A DNA stretch of 64,000 bases, taken from positions 15,924 to 79,923 of the forward strand of contig CAZAKR010000006.1 of the NCBI GenBank assembly GCA_964486105.1. Reading direction: 5' to 3'. This stretch comes from an uncultured Rhodospirillaceae bacterium (GTDB lineage Bacteria > Pseudomonadota > Alphaproteobacteria > UBA11136). Under the pieces are notes generated by a model, which saw only the letters and a program-made list of their open reading frames with translations, was not told the DNA's origin and did no database searches. Shown in pieces: positions 40,140 through 50,524 of this stretch; positions within the stretch are counted from its first letter, which is position 1, and each line of letters starts with the position of its first letter. The position numbers were made by a program, and so were the translations under genes.

Positions 40140-41228
40140 TCACCTCAACTTCAGTGTCGCCAAACCGGCGAGAGCGAGAATGAAGGCGATGATCCAGAAA
40201 CGGATCACGATGGTGGGCTCGGCCCAGCCTTTTTCCTCGAAATGATGATGCAGGGGGGCCATGCGGAAGACCCGGCGACCGGTTAGCTTGAATGAGGCGA
40301 CCTGAACGATCACCGAAACCGTTTCGAGAACGAACAACCCGCCGATGATCGCCAGCACCAGCTCGTGCTTGACGATAATGCTGAGGGCGCCCAGTGCCCC
40401 GCCGACGGAGAGAGAGCCGGTGTCGCCCATGAAAACCATTGCCGGGGGGGCGTTGTACCAGAGGAAGCCCAAGCCCGCGCCGACCAGGGCGCCGCAAAAT
40501 ACCGTCAGCTCCCCGGCCCCGGGGACATGGGTGATCTGCAGGTAATCGGAAAAGACGGTATTGCCGACAAGATAGGTAATCAGGGCAAAGCAGCCAAAGG
40601 CGATCATGATCGGCATGATGGCCAGCCCGTCCAGCCCGTCGGTCAGATTAACCGCGTTCGATGTGCCGACGATGACGAGCATGCCGAAGGGCAGGGCGAA
40701 CCATCCCAGATTGAGCAACACGTCCTTGAGGAAGGGGATGGTCAGGCTGTTGGCCAGGGGAGCCCCCAGAATCTGCATGATCCAGGCGGTGACAAGCCCG
40801 GCGATAACAAGTTCGATGATGAATTTCATCTTGCCCGGCACGCCTCGATGCGAGCGTTTTGAGAGCTTTTGATAGTCATCCGCCGCGCCAATTGCCCCGA
40901 ACCCGATGGTGACGAGGATCAGCGCCCAGACATAGCGGTTGGTCAGATCGGCCCAGAGCAGCGTGCTTAAAACCAGGGCGATGATAATCAGGACGCCGCC
41001 CATGGTCGGGGTGCCCTGTTTGCGCAGCAGATGGTCTTCCGGGCCGTCATCGCGGATCGGCTGGCCGTAACGCTGGCGAGACTTCAGCCAGCGGATCAGC
41101 GGCGGGCCGAACAGGAAACTGATTAAAAGTGCGGTAATCACCGCGCCGCCGGTACGAAAAGTGATATAGCGGAAAAGATTAAGTGCGCTGAACTGGTCGG
41201 CGAACGGGAAAAGAAGATTATAAAGCAT
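40140..41228 (-). CDS. mraY: Phospho-N-acetylmuramoyl-pentapeptide transferase
   Basis: Highly conserved blocks ([37 protein letters not shown]). Confidence 0.96.
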   Translation of the reverse strand: MLYNLLFPFADQFSALNLFRYITFRTGGAVITALLISFLFGPPLIRWLKSRQRYGQPIRDDGPEDHLLRKQGTPTMGGVLIIIALVLSTLLWADLTNRYVWALILVTIGFGAIGAADDYQKLSKRSHRGVPGKMKFIIELVIAGLVTAWIMQILGAPLANSLTIPFLKDVLLNLGWFALPFGMLVIVGTSNAVNLTDGLDGLAIMPIMIAFGCFALITYLVGNTVFSDYLQITHVPGAGELTVFCGALVGAGLGFLWYNAPPAMVFMGDTGSLSVGGALGALSIIVKHELVLAIIGGLFVLETVSVIVQVASFKLTGRRVFRMAPLHHHFEEKGWAEPTIVIRFWIIAFILALAGLATLKLR

Positions 41229-41239
41229 TGCTCTCTCCC

Positions 41240-42661
41240 TCAGCTTCCGTTTGCCGCGCTTGGCGGGTTTTCGCCAAGGGCTTTGAGGCCATTCACCACT
41301 TCGGCCATGGCCATACCCAGCGATCCCTTGACGGTGACGGCGTCGCCCGCCTTGACTTCTTTGATGACAATCGGCGCCAGGGTTGCGGCATCATTGGCAT
41401 GACCGCCCCGCATGGCTTCGGGCAGGGCTTCGCTGAGATGCGCCATTTGTTTGCCGGCGGTAAAGACGAGATCAATCCCGCCTTCGATTAAATCGGTGGC
41501 AAGCCCGGCATGCATTCGGGGCCCGTCATCGCCCAGTTCGAGCATGTCGCCGAGAACGGCGATGCGGCGTCCCCCCTTGCCGATCCTGACGCGGGAGAGA
41601 ACCGAAATTGCCGCCCGCATGGAAGCCGGGCTGGCATTGTAACTTTCGTCATAGAGATCGAGGCTGCCTTTGGGCAGGGAAAGACTGTTATGCCGCCCCC
41701 GGCCTTCGACCGCTTCAAGGGTTCCCAGCGCCGCCGCGGCTTGCGCGACATCGCCGCCGACCGCGCCGACGGCAGCCAGCACGGCAAGACAGTTGATGAC
41801 CAGATGGCGGCCGGGAATGGAAAGGTGAAAGTCGATCCTTTGGCCGTCGATAATCGCCGTCGCGTCGCTCTGATCGGGGTGGAGGGTGCAGTCGATCAGG
41901 CGGGCATCGGCATCGGGATGGTTGCCGAATCCGATAATCCGCTCAACGCCCTTTTCTTTTGCCGTTTCGCAGAGCAGGGGGAAGAAGGGGCTTTCCCGAA
42001 GCAGAATGGCGGTGCCGCCTGCCAAGCCGTTGAAAATTTCCGCCTTGGCGTCGGCGATGGCGCCGATGGAGGTGAAAAATTCGGCATGGACCGGCTCGAT
42101 ATTGGTGATGATGGCGACGTCGGGACGCGCCAGCATTGAGAGCGGCGCGATTTCTCCGGGATGATTCATCCCCAGTTCGAAAATGCCGTATTCGGTGTCT
42201 TTCGGCATGCGGGCGAGGCTCAGCGGCGCCCCCCATTGATTGTTGAGGTTGCCCTGGCTGGCCGTGGTCGCGCCCTGGCGCTCAAGAACCTGGCGCAGGG
42301 CTTCCTTGGTGCCGGTCTTGCCGACGCTTCCGGTTATGGCGGTAATTTTGGCGCGCGTCCTTTTGCGGGCCGCTGCCGCCAGATCGCTTAAGCCGGCCAT
42401 GGTGTCGGTGACGACGAGAAGCGGCGTATCATCGCTCATGCCTTCGGGCACTTTATCCACCATGGCCGCCGCGGCCCCGGCCTTCAGCGCCTTGGCGACA
42501 AAGTCATGGCCGTCGAAATTAGGCCCATGGAGGGCGATGAAAAGATCACCGGGCACGAGGCTGCGGCTGTCGATGGAAACACCCGTTGCGGTCCAGGCAC
42601 AGGTGCTTTTCCCGCCGGTGGCGGTTGCTGAATCTGTACTCGTCCACAACGTTTTGCTCAT
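41240..42661 (-). CDS. murF: UDP-N-acetylmuramoyl-tripeptide--D-alanyl-D-alanine ligase
   Basis: [13 protein letters not shown]-loop and Mur-ligase middle and C-terminal domains. dcw position. Confidence 0.92.
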   Translation of the reverse strand: MSKTLWTSTDSATATGGKSTCAWTATGVSIDSRSLVPGDLFIALHGPNFDGHDFVAKALKAGAAAAMVDKVPEGMSDDTPLLVVTDTMAGLSDLAAAARKRTRAKITAITGSVGKTGTKEALRQVLERQGATTASQGNLNNQWGAPLSLARMPKDTEYGIFELGMNHPGEIAPLSMLARPDVAIITNIEPVHAEFFTSIGAIADAKAEIFNGLAGGTAILLRESPFFPLLCETAKEKGVERIIGFGNHPDADARLIDCTLHPDQSDATAIIDGQRIDFHLSIPGRHLVINCLAVLAAVGAVGGDVAQAAAALGTLEAVEGRGRHNSLSLPKGSLDLYDESYNASPASMRAAISVLSRVRIGKGGRRIAVLGDMLELGDDGPRMHAGLATDLIEGGIDLVFTAGKQMAHLSEALPEAMRGGHANDAATLAPIVIKEVKAGDAVTVKGSLGMAMAEVVNGLKALGENPPSAANGS

Positions 42662-44166
42662 TCACGGTTCTCCAGTAACTTCACAGCCCTGCGGGCTTCC
42701 TGGGCGTCATCGAAGGAGTGTCTCTCTCCCTCGATCAGCTGATATGTTTCATGACCCTTGCCGGCGATCACCAGAAGGTCGTCCGCGGCCAGACCCTCGA
42801 CCGCTTCGGCGATGGCCGCCGCGCGATCCCCGGTTTCGCGCACCGTGGCATGGGTTTGTGGCAGGATTCCGGCAAAGATCTGGCGCCGGATCTGGTCGGG
42901 AGCCTCGTTGCGGGGGTTATCGTCTGTGACGATGACAATATCGGCCAGGCGCGAGGCGATATCGCCCATCAGCGGACGTTTGCCGACATCGCGGTCGCCA
43001 CCGCAGCCAAAGACCAGCCACAAGCGCCCTTTTGTGTGGGGGCGCAGGGCATGAAGCACATTTTCCAAAGCATCGGGCGTATGGGCGTAATCGACATAGA
43101 CCGGTGCGCCGTTGGCGCGATGGGCGATACATTGCATTCGCCCCGGTGCGCCGCTGAGGTGGGGCAGGGCGCTCACGGCCTTTTCCACATCGCCGCCAGC
43201 GGCGATTACAAAGCCCAGGGCGCAAAGGATATTGCTGACCTGAAAATCGCCGAGGAACGGGATGTCGGTCTTAAAACTTTTCCCGCAGACCGTAAGCTCA
43301 ACGATCTGGCCGGCGGCATGGGGGATTGTTTTTTCAATCCTTATGTCGTCGCCGTTATGGCCGAAGGTGAGGACTCGATGTCCCTTTTCCCTGCAGGTCT
43401 CGATAAGCGTATCGATTTGTGGGGTGTCGGCGTTGAGAACGGCGGTCCCGCCCTGGGATAGAATATTCAGGAACAGGCGTTGTTTGGCCTGCAGGTAATG
43501 CGCCATGTCGCCGTGATAATCGATATGGTCACGGCTCAGATTGGTAAATCCGGCGATGCCGACACGGACCCCGTCGAGACGATACTGATCGAGACCGTGG
43601 CTGGAGGCCTCCATGACCAGATGGTCGAAGTCCCGTCCCTTGAGGTCGGCGAGTGTTGCGTGGAGAAAAACCGGGTCCGGCGTGGTCAGGGTTTCCCCAG
43701 TGTCCAGGCTGTCGCTCGGCGGGCTGGTGACGAGGCCCAGAGTGCCGAGGCTGGCCGCGCGGATATCCATTTTTGCCCAGATCTGCCGGGTAAAGGCGGC
43801 AACCGATGTTTTGCCGTTGGTGCCGGTGATGGCGGCGATGGTGGCCGGCTGGTCGGCGTAAAGGCGCGCCGCCATTAGGGCGAAAGAACGCCGTGGATTA
43901 TCACTGACGAGATGGGCAATTTCGGCTTCGGCCTTTGAAGGAGACAGCTTTGCCTGATGCCCGGTCAATACCGCCTTCGCCCCTTTCCCCAGGGCCTCCT
44001 CAATAAATTTTGTGCCGTCGGTGGTCGTGCCTGGCAGAGCAGCGAACAGGTCGCCGGCCGCGACTTTGCGCGAATCGGAGGTCAGACCGCCGATCTCTAT
44101 ATCCAGATTTAAGGCCTCTTGGGTCATATCCACTTCAGTCCCGGTTATTAACTCAGAAAGACGCAA
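42658..44166 (-). CDS. murE: UDP-N-acetylmuramoyl-L-alanyl-D-glutamate--2,6-diaminopimelate ligase
   Basis: LTSDSRKVAAGDLFAALPG, ITGTNGKTS, and the DNPR motif (TDDNPRNE) typical of mDAP-adding MurE. Start proposed at the TTG at 44166, which gives MRLSELI...; an alternative ATG is at 44127. The track ORF extends spuriously into ftsI. Confidence 0.92.
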   Translation of the reverse strand: MRLSELITGTEVDMTQEALNLDIEIGGLTSDSRKVAAGDLFAALPGTTTDGTKFIEEALGKGAKAVLTGHQAKLSPSKAEAEIAHLVSDNPRRSFALMAARLYADQPATIAAITGTNGKTSVAAFTRQIWAKMDIRAASLGTLGLVTSPPSDSLDTGETLTTPDPVFLHATLADLKGRDFDHLVMEASSHGLDQYRLDGVRVGIAGFTNLSRDHIDYHGDMAHYLQAKQRLFLNILSQGGTAVLNADTPQIDTLIETCREKGHRVLTFGHNGDDIRIEKTIPHAAGQIVELTVCGKSFKTDIPFLGDFQVSNILCALGFVIAAGGDVEKAVSALPHLSGAPGRMQCIAHRANGAPVYVDYAHTPDALENVLHALRPHTKGRLWLVFGCGGDRDVGKRPLMGDIASRLADIVIVTDDNPRNEAPDQIRRQIFAGILPQTHATVRETGDRAAAIAEAVEGLAADDLLVIAGKGHETYQLIEGERHSFDDAQEARRAVKLLENRE

Positions 44167-45925
44167 GGCTCGCTGCCTTGGTTTTGACTTCGATATGCAT
44201 TTCAGCGCGAACTTCTTTTGAAGCCTCGTCGATGGGTGAAATGCCGAGCAGCGGACCGATTCTGGCGATCGTCCGGCCGACACTGGGTGCCGCAACCCAG
44301 CCTCCGGTGGCATAGCCCAGGGTTTCTTCCAGACCCTTGGGTTCATCAAGCATGATGAAGACAACGAATTGCGGGTCGTTCATCGGAAAGGCGCTGATAA
44401 AGGAAGACAGCAACGCCTTGTTCCGATAGCCGCCGCCGCCTGATTTTTCCGCCGTGCCGGTTTTGCCGCCGACGAGATAACCCGGTGCAGCCGCCTTGCG
44501 GCCGGTGCCTTTTTCCACCACCAGACGCATCAGGCGGCGAATTTTGTGCGAGGTTCGCTCGGCGATCACGCGGATTTCGTTGTCGGAGGTTTCGCCTTCA
44601 CCCTCTGGGCTGGGAAGAAGCGTCGCCGGGCGGAGATAACCTCCGTTGACCATGGTGGCGATGCCGGTCGCCAGTTGCAGGGGAGAGACGGCCAGCCCGT
44701 GCCCATAGGAAGCCGTCATGGTGTTGATTTCGCGCCAGGGTGTGGGAATGATCGGGGCGCCAACCTCGGAAAGCTCGACGGCAGAGGGCCGGAGCAGGCC
44801 GAGGCGGCTGAAAAACTTGCGCATAGCGGTGCTGCCGACATCAAGGGCCATTTTTGCGGCCCCGATATTCGACGAATAGATCAAAATCTCCGGCACTGAG
44901 AGCCAGCGTTTTTTGGGGTGATAATCGCGGATGGTAAAGCGCGCGATATGGATCGGGTTAGTCGCGTCATAGCCGTCTTTGAGTCCGGCGGTGCCGGTTT
45001 CAAGGGCGGCGGCAGTGGTGAATATCTTGAAGGTCGAGCCCATCTCATAAACCCCCAGAGTGGCCCGGTTGAAGATGGCGTCTTCGTTTACTTTCCCCAG
45101 GGCGTTGGGGTCGAAGTCGGGCAGGGAAACGAGGGCCAGAACCTCACCAGACTTGGCATTAAGGATAATTCCCGCGCCGCCGATGGCCTCGAATTTCTCT
45201 TTTGCCCGATTCAGTTCCTGGTGAAGAATGTGCTGGATACGGATGTCGAGTGAGACGCGAAGGGGTTCGTGGCGGTTACGCAGGATTTCATCCATGCTGC
45301 GTTCTATTCCGGCCAGGCCACGATGGTCGATATCGGTAAATCCGAGCACATGGGCGGCCAGGGGACCATGGGGATAAACGCGGCTTTCTTCATGCTGGAA
45401 ATAGAGGCCGGGAATCCCTAAGCGGTTCACTTCGTATTTCTGGCGCGGCGTCAGGTTTCTCCTGATCCAGATAAAGCCCTTGTCCGAGGTCAGCCGGTCA
45501 AGGGTCAGCCTGACGTTAATATCGGGCAGAGCCTGGCGCAGCTTTTCAACCGCTTCATCGGCATTGAGAATTTGTCGCGGGTTGGCATAAAGGGATGATG
45601 TGGTGAGACTGGTGGCCAGCAGCACGCCGTTGCGGTCGATAATATCGGCCCTCTCCTTTTTTAAGAGCTTTAAGGTCGAAACATCGGCCAGCCGGGGTTC
45701 ATGCCCATCGTGCAACAGGGAAACATCGACAAGCCGCCCGCCGATGGTCAGGAAAGCCAGAGACATCATGGCGCCGACCAGAAGAAGACGGCTGCGGCCG
45801 GTTTTCAGTGCAGTTATGGCGAATCCGTCAAGGCTGCCGTTTCCCTTTGCGCCCACAGGGGCGGGTCCGCAAACCTTAGGCGTCGGATTACGCCGAGGGG
45901 TGCGGGTTTTGGTGAACCAGCTCAC
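44153..45925 (-). CDS. ftsI: Peptidoglycan D,D-transpeptidase FtsI (PBP3)
   Basis: N-terminal TM anchor, a PBP dimerisation domain and transpeptidase motifs STFK, SSN and KTGT. Confidence 0.93.
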   Translation of the reverse strand: MSWFTKTRTPRRNPTPKVCGPAPVGAKGNGSLDGFAITALKTGRSRLLLVGAMMSLAFLTIGGRLVDVSLLHDGHEPRLADVSTLKLLKKERADIIDRNGVLLATSLTTSSLYANPRQILNADEAVEKLRQALPDINVRLTLDRLTSDKGFIWIRRNLTPRQKYEVNRLGIPGLYFQHEESRVYPHGPLAAHVLGFTDIDHRGLAGIERSMDEILRNRHEPLRVSLDIRIQHILHQELNRAKEKFEAIGGAGIILNAKSGEVLALVSLPDFDPNALGKVNEDAIFNRATLGVYEMGSTFKIFTTAAALETGTAGLKDGYDATNPIHIARFTIRDYHPKKRWLSVPEILIYSSNIGAAKMALDVGSTAMRKFFSRLGLLRPSAVELSEVGAPIIPTPWREINTMTASYGHGLAVSPLQLATGIATMVNGGYLRPATLLPSPEGEGETSDNEIRVIAERTSHKIRRLMRLVVEKGTGRKAAAPGYLVGGKTGTAEKSGGGGYRNKALLSSFISAFPMNDPQFVVFIMLDEPKGLEETLGYATGGWVAAPSVGRTIARIGPLLGISPIDEASKEVRAEMHIEVKTKAASLASF

Positions 45926-45928
45926 GGC

Positions 45929-46357
45929 TCACTCTTTTCCTAAGACGAAGGAGGCTGGCCGGAGCGGGGCCTGAAGGGGCGGAGGCGGTGCGGACAGGAG
46001 TTCTCCGGCATTGGCCACTTCCGATTCGGCTGCAGGTTCGGATGACGCCGTATTGAGATTGCCCGTCACCGCCTCGGCAGGTGATCGGAAAGGCAAGTCA
46101 CCCAGATGGGTAATTTGCCAGCCGGTCACCGGGGCAAGGCCGAGGAACTTGTCATTCAGTTCTTCCAGACGACTAGGTTGATTGAGATAGCTCCACTCCG
46201 CTTTGAGGACGTGCAGAGCTTCCTGGTCTTTCAATATCTGTTGATTAAGCAACGCCAGCTCTTCCTCGCGCTGCTGAACTTCCTGCTCGATCTGAAACAG
46301 GCCGAGGGAAATCCCGGCAATAATGAAAATCCAGATCAGGGTCCACGATCCGTTCAT
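45929..46357 (-). CDS. ftsL: Cell division protein FtsL-like (single TM plus coiled coil)
   Basis: TM helix LIWIFIIAGISLGLF followed by a coiled coil (EQEVQQREEELALLNQQILKDQEALHVLKAEW). Position between rsmH and ftsI. Confidence 0.7.
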   Translation of the reverse strand: MNGSWTLIWIFIIAGISLGLFQIEQEVQQREEELALLNQQILKDQEALHVLKAEWSYLNQPSRLEELNDKFLGLAPVTGWQITHLGDLPFRSPAEAVTGNLNTASSEPAAESEVANAGELLSAPPPPLQAPLRPASFVLGKE

Positions 46358-47400
46358 CGGGCTCTCTCCTTTGAATGAAGATCCCTGTCGGTATCGTTGC
46401 CCCAGGCTGGCGCCGTGGTGCGTTCGGCCACCCGCAGACGCGCCGAACGGGCGCGGGGGTTGGCCTTTGTTTCCACTTCGCCCGGGCGTAGCGCACGCCT
46501 TGAGACGAGACGGAAGGAGGAAGCGGGCGACGACTCAGGGTCATCGGGGAGGTGACGGGAGGGACGAGCCGCCGCACCGCTATGGGAATTAAGGAAATTC
46601 TTGACCCGGCGGTCTTCCAGAGAGTGGAAAGACACGACTGCAAGCCGGCCGCCCGGCGAAAGCACTTTTTCGGCGGCCGTAAGCCCGCGGTCGATTTCAC
46701 CGAGCTCGTCATTGACATGGATTCGAAGGGCCTGGAACGTCCGGGTCGCCGGATCGGTCGCCGATTTGCCCTTTTTGGATGGTTTTTTCCACATGGCGCC
46801 GCGAACGATCTCGGCCAGCCGGCCGGTTCGCAGAATGGGGTCTTGCGCCCGCGCGGTGACGATGGCTTTGGCGATGCGCCGCGATTGGCGTTCTTCACCG
46901 TACATATAGATGATGTTGGCGAGATCCTCTTCGTCGGTCTGGTTGACCACATCGGCGGCGCTGGGGCTGTCGGCGTTTTCACCTTCCATGCGCATATCCA
47001 GGGGGCCATCGAAACGGAAGGAAAATCCCCGTTCGGCCTGGTCGATTTGCATTGAAGAGACACCGAAATCGAAGGTCACGCCGTCAACGGCCTTAACGCC
47101 TTTTTCGTCGAGAATGCGGTCCATGTCGCCAAAGCGCCCCATCACCAGATTGAGGCGGCCTTCGTGGCACCGGGCAAGATCTCTGCCGCCGGCAATGGCG
47201 CTGGGATCGCGGTCGATGCCCCAGACCGTGCATTCGGCGGCTTCCAGCAGGGCGCGGCTATAGCCGCCGGCGCCAAAGGTGCCGTCTATATAAATGCCGC
47301 CGTCTTTGGGGGCCAGGGCGTCGATAACTTGCCTTAGCATCACCGGCAGATGGGCTTGCGCCTCGCCGGGCTGTGTCGCCAGAGGGGTCGAAGAGGTCAT
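46354..47400 (-). CDS. rsmH: 16S rRNA (cytosine1402-N4)-methyltransferase
   Basis: HLPVMLRQVIDAL, IDGTFGAGGYSRALL, FDFGVSSMQID, SFHSLEDRRVK. Confidence 0.95.
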   Translation of the reverse strand: MTSSTPLATQPGEAQAHLPVMLRQVIDALAPKDGGIYIDGTFGAGGYSRALLEAAECTVWGIDRDPSAIAGGRDLARCHEGRLNLVMGRFGDMDRILDEKGVKAVDGVTFDFGVSSMQIDQAERGFSFRFDGPLDMRMEGENADSPSAADVVNQTDEEDLANIIYMYGEERQSRRIAKAIVTARAQDPILRTGRLAEIVRGAMWKKPSKKGKSATDPATRTFQALRIHVNDELGEIDRGLTAAEKVLSPGGRLAVVSFHSLEDRRVKNFLNSHSGAAARPSRHLPDDPESSPASSFRLVSRRALRPGEVETKANPRARSARLRVAERTTAPAWGNDTDRDLHSKERAR

Positions 47401-47882
47401 GATCCACCCCCTTGAGGGCGGCGCACCGCCGGGATTGGCCGCAGACGCAGGCTAACTCCCTTGTCCTCGGCGTTGCCGAGGATGGTTTTTCTGTGGCCTT
47501 CATAGCTTTCCGGGCGCCACATCTGGAAGGTCGGGCCGTTACCGACGAACAACACCCGGTCCTCGATTTTGGCGTGATCGGCAAGGGGCCGGGGCAGCAC
47601 CACACGGCCATCATTATCCAGGGCCAGCTGTTCGGCTTCGGCAAAGGCGAGCATGGCCAGTTCAAGTTCTTCGGGCGAATACTGATCGGGGTCGTCGAGA
47701 CTGGCCGAAAGGGCTTCCATACGGTCGATCCCGCAGGCGTCGATGGCGCCTAAATCATGGGAGGGGAAGGCGACAATGCCGTTAAAGTTCAGCCCCATAA
47801 GGCTGGCACGGAAGGTGGCTGGCACTGAAACCCGCCCCTTTTTGTCGACTTTGTTCACTGTTGTAGACAGGAACAGCGCCAT
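47397..47882 (-). CDS. mraZ: Transcriptional regulator MraZ
   Basis: Two SpoVT/AbrB-like halves containing DKKGRVSVPATFR and DNDGRVVLPRPL (DxxxR motifs). First gene of the dcw cluster. Confidence 0.93.
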   Translation of the reverse strand: MALFLSTTVNKVDKKGRVSVPATFRASLMGLNFNGIVAFPSHDLGAIDACGIDRMEALSASLDDPDQYSPEELELAMLAFAEAEQLALDNDGRVVLPRPLADHAKIEDRVLFVGNGPTFQMWRPESYEGHRKTILGNAEDKGVSLRLRPIPAVRRPQGGGS

Positions 47883-47998
47883 TTTGGCCCCCGCTTAACT
47901 CCATTTACTCCCCAGCGCCTTTTCTTCCGTCCCGGCGGAAAGCCCCGCCGGGCGGTCGTTTCAGACGCCGCGTCTCCCGGACGCATCCCTACGCAAAT

Positions 47999-48044
47999 AT
48001 GGGATACTATGGGATTGGATGGTATCCTATGGTCCAAAATGGGA
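47999..48044. promoter_or_regulatory. Array of five 10-bp-phased direct repeats ATGG(G/T)N; candidate MraZ operator
   Basis: ATGGGAtact ATGGGAttgg ATGGTAtcct ATGGTCcaaa ATGGGAaagc, starting at 47999, 48009, 48019, 48029 and 48039 on the plus strand. The array lies about 115-165 nt upstream of the mraZ ATG (47882). Confidence 0.55.
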
Positions 48045-48328
48045 AAGCACAATAAAAATATGTATCTGGCAAGGTTTCATGGGGGAGGAGATGAAGACGC
48101 CGCCAAATTGAAGTTTTAACCACAACTGATTGAAATTTAACGATAAATATTGAAAGCTGGCCCTTGTTTCCGGCAAATGTTCACAATCTGTTCTATTTGA
48201 CCGGGTTTTTTTATTTCTTTGTTTGGCGGATTATTCTTTAAAAAAAGGCAGTTAGCTCCCCGTCTTCAGGCCGGCGCGGATATCGCGAGCCGATATCAGG
48301 GGTGGATCTGTCATTGGGGGGAGGTAAA

Positions 48329-48734
48329 AGCGCCAGACGGCCTGTAAGCCGGGTTCTGTCCCCGCGTCTTCCAAAGAAGGGCGGGGGATGGTCATTCATC
48401 TGGGACACCCGTTACCGGGCACCTCGTGCGTCCGACCCGGGCAGCAGCGCGAAAACCCGCCTGCCGGTCGAACCGGCTGCCGCCCCTACTTGGACTTGCT
48501 CCTGGTGGGGTTTACCGTGCCGCTTCCGTTGCCGGTCGCGCGGTGCGCTCTTACCGCACCATTTCACCCTTACCTGCCACCCCGTTGCCGGGGAAGCTGG
48601 CGGTTTGCTTTCTGTGGCACTCTCCCTGGGGTCGCCCCCGCCGGGTGTTACCCGGCACCGTGTCTCCGTGGAGCCCGGACTTTCCTCCCCCCGGGCGATA
48701 AAGCCCGAAAGGCGACCATCCGGCCGTCTGGCAA
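48329..48734 (-). ncRNA. rnpB: RNase P RNA, bacterial type A
   Basis: The reverse complement contains the universal blocks GGGGAGGAAAGTCCGGGCTCCA (plus strand about 48669-48690), GGTAAGGGTGAAA..GGTGCGGTAAGAGCGCACC and ACAGAACCCGGCTTA, as in E. coli M1 RNA. A closing P1 stem is formed by CCAGACGGCC and GGCCGTCTGG. The ends are approximate (about +/-5 nt). Confidence 0.92.
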
Positions 48735-48739
48735 GGATT

Positions 48740-48768
48740 TAGGTAATCTCTATATGAGGCACAGTCAA
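48740..48768 (-). promoter_or_regulatory. Sigma70-like promoter candidate for rnpB
   Basis: The minus strand reads TTGACT (48768-48763), a 17-nt spacer, then TACCTA (48745-48740). The predicted 5' end of the P1 stem lies about 7-10 nt downstream. Confidence 0.4.
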
Positions 48769-48797
48769 CCGGACGGAAGGCCGGGAAAGGGCGGATT

Positions 48798-49664
48798 CTA
48801 GGAAATCGCCGCTCTTTCCCCCCCGCCGGCGAGGTCGCGAAGGCGCATCAGGGTCTCCGCGTCGGCTATTCCATCGACCTGGCGCGGCCTGAAATGGCGC
48901 TGAAAGGCGGTAAGAACCTTTTCCGTCTGGGGGTCTCTATGACCGGTTACTTGAATGTCATAGCCGATCCGGGCGAGAAGATTCTGGGCTTCCGTAATAT
49001 CCACCGGCCCGAGCCCGGCGGCGGAAATATACCCTTCTTTTTCCCACTCCCCGGGCCAGCGTCCGATCCCGGCGCGGGCCAGGCGGGCCCAGTCGAACAA
49101 CTCGCCGGGGTCCTGTTTGCGTGTCGGCGCCACATCCGCGTGGCCGACGATATTTTCAGGCGGAATGGGGTGACGGGCGAGAATATCCAGGGTCAGCCCG
49201 ATCAACGCAGTCATCTGGGCTTCGGCAAAGGGGCGATAACCGAACTCATGGCCGGGATTGACCAGCTCAATACCGATCGAGCGTTCATTGATATTGGTTT
49301 CGCCCCGCCAGGCGGCTTTTCCGGCATGCCAGGCCCGCGCATTTTCATCGACCAGACGCGAAACAATCCCCTCTTCGTCGATCACGTAATGGGCGCTGAC
49401 CCTGGCCGCGGGATCGCGCAGACGGGATAACGCGCCCTGCGCACTCTCCATGCCGGTGTAATGGATAACCAGCATGTCGATGACACCCCCCTGGGGGCGC
49501 GGATCGAAATTGGGTGAAGGTAAATCCTGCATGGCGCTAAAAGTCAAAGGGTGCTGGACCTGTTGATAAGGAGAAGGAGGGAAAAGAGTACAACCGCTCA
49601 ACCCGATCACCGCAAGCCATAAGAATCGCCGGTGCCGCAGCCATGAGAATATGGCGGAACTCAC
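48798..49664 (-). CDS. N-acetylmuramoyl-L-alanine amidase (AmpD/amidase_2 fold) lipoprotein with a C-terminal peptidoglycan-binding domain
   Basis: Amidase_2 blocks (VIHYTGM, VSAHYVIDEEG, AWHAGKAAW, SIGIELVN, GHADVAPTRKQDPGELFDW). PG_binding_1-like tail (AQNLLARIGYDIQVTGHRDPQTEKVLTAFQRHF). Start reassigned to the GTG at 49664 with AGGAGG 9 nt upstream, which gives the lipobox LAVIGLSGC. The GTGA overlaps the EamA stop. Confidence 0.85.
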   Translation of the reverse strand: MSSAIFSWLRHRRFLWLAVIGLSGCTLFPPSPYQQVQHPLTFSAMQDLPSPNFDPRPQGGVIDMLVIHYTGMESAQGALSRLRDPAARVSAHYVIDEEGIVSRLVDENARAWHAGKAAWRGETNINERSIGIELVNPGHEFGYRPFAEAQMTALIGLTLDILARHPIPPENIVGHADVAPTRKQDPGELFDWARLARAGIGRWPGEWEKEGYISAAGLGPVDITEAQNLLARIGYDIQVTGHRDPQTEKVLTAFQRHFRPRQVDGIADAETLMRLRDLAGGGERAAIS

Positions 49665-50524
49665 GGACCTGAATCCTCCTTTTTCAACGGCGCCAGAACA
49701 ACGATCGCCACCCCGCCAAGGGTTATCAACCCGCCGGCGATCATCAGCCATGAAAGGGCTTCGCCGAGAACGATGACGCCGCTGGCAACCCCGATCACCG
49801 GCGCCAGCAGGGTAAAGGGAACCGCCAGACTGATCTGGTTGCGGCCGATGATCCCGTACCACAGGCCGTGGCCGACGATCATCACCAGCACGATATAGCC
49901 GAAAGCGGCCCAGATCACCGGATCGGTTTGTCCCAGGGCGGTGAACTGCCCGCTCTCGAACAGGAAAGAGGCGAAAAGGAGCTGGGGAATAGCGAAAAAT
50001 GAAACCCAGCCATTAACGGTAAAGACATTCATCCGGTTAAGTTTCTTGAGCTGAAAGTTAGAGACCGCCCAGCCCAGGGCGGCAAGGATGACCAGGCCTA
50101 GGTAAAACAGATTGCCCGACAGATCGACCTTGCCGGCCACCAGCACGATGCCGCCAAAGGCGAGAACGATACCGGCAATCACGGTGCGGCCGGGCCGCTC
50201 GTGCAAAAGAATTGCTGCCAGAATTGTGGCGAAGGGCACCTGAAGCTGTATGGCGATGGCCGCCGTCGTCGCATCGGCGCCTGAGAGCCCGATGGCGAGA
50301 AAACCGAAATGAAAGAGCCCGAGCGTAAATGAGAGCAGGAGAATCGGTCGCATATAACCGGTCGGCGGGCGCACGAAAGGAAGGAGCAGAGCCGCCACGA
50401 GGGCAAAGCGCATCCCCATCAGCATCAGCGGCGGTACCACCTCCACCGCCGTCTTGACCGCCACAAAGTTGGTGCCCCAGAGAAACATGACGAACAGAGA
50501 GAGAAGGATGTCGGATGGTTTCAT
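49661..50524 (-). CDS. EamA/DMT-superfamily transporter
   Basis: Ten-TM protein with two EamA repeats (LFVMFLWGTNFVAVK...). ATG at 50524; the track start at 50545 is TTG. Confidence 0.85.
   Translation of the reverse strand: MKPSDILLSLFVMFLWGTNFVAVKTAVEVVPPLMLMGMRFALVAALLLPFVRPPTGYMRPILLLSFTLGLFHFGFLAIGLSGADATTAAIAIQLQVPFATILAAILLHERPGRTVIAGIVLAFGGIVLVAGKVDLSGNLFYLGLVILAALGWAVSNFQLKKLNRMNVFTVNGWVSFFAIPQLLFASFLFESGQFTALGQTDPVIWAAFGYIVLVMIVGHGLWYGIIGRNQISLAVPFTLLAPVIGVASGVIVLGEALSWLMIAGGLITLGGVAIVVLAPLKKEDSGP

Noticed and set aside
48302-48801. Three overlapping plus-strand ORFs of 91-146 aa
   Set aside because: They lie on top of the RNase P RNA gene, which is on the minus strand. They are R/P/G-rich translations of a structured RNA gene and are not proteins.
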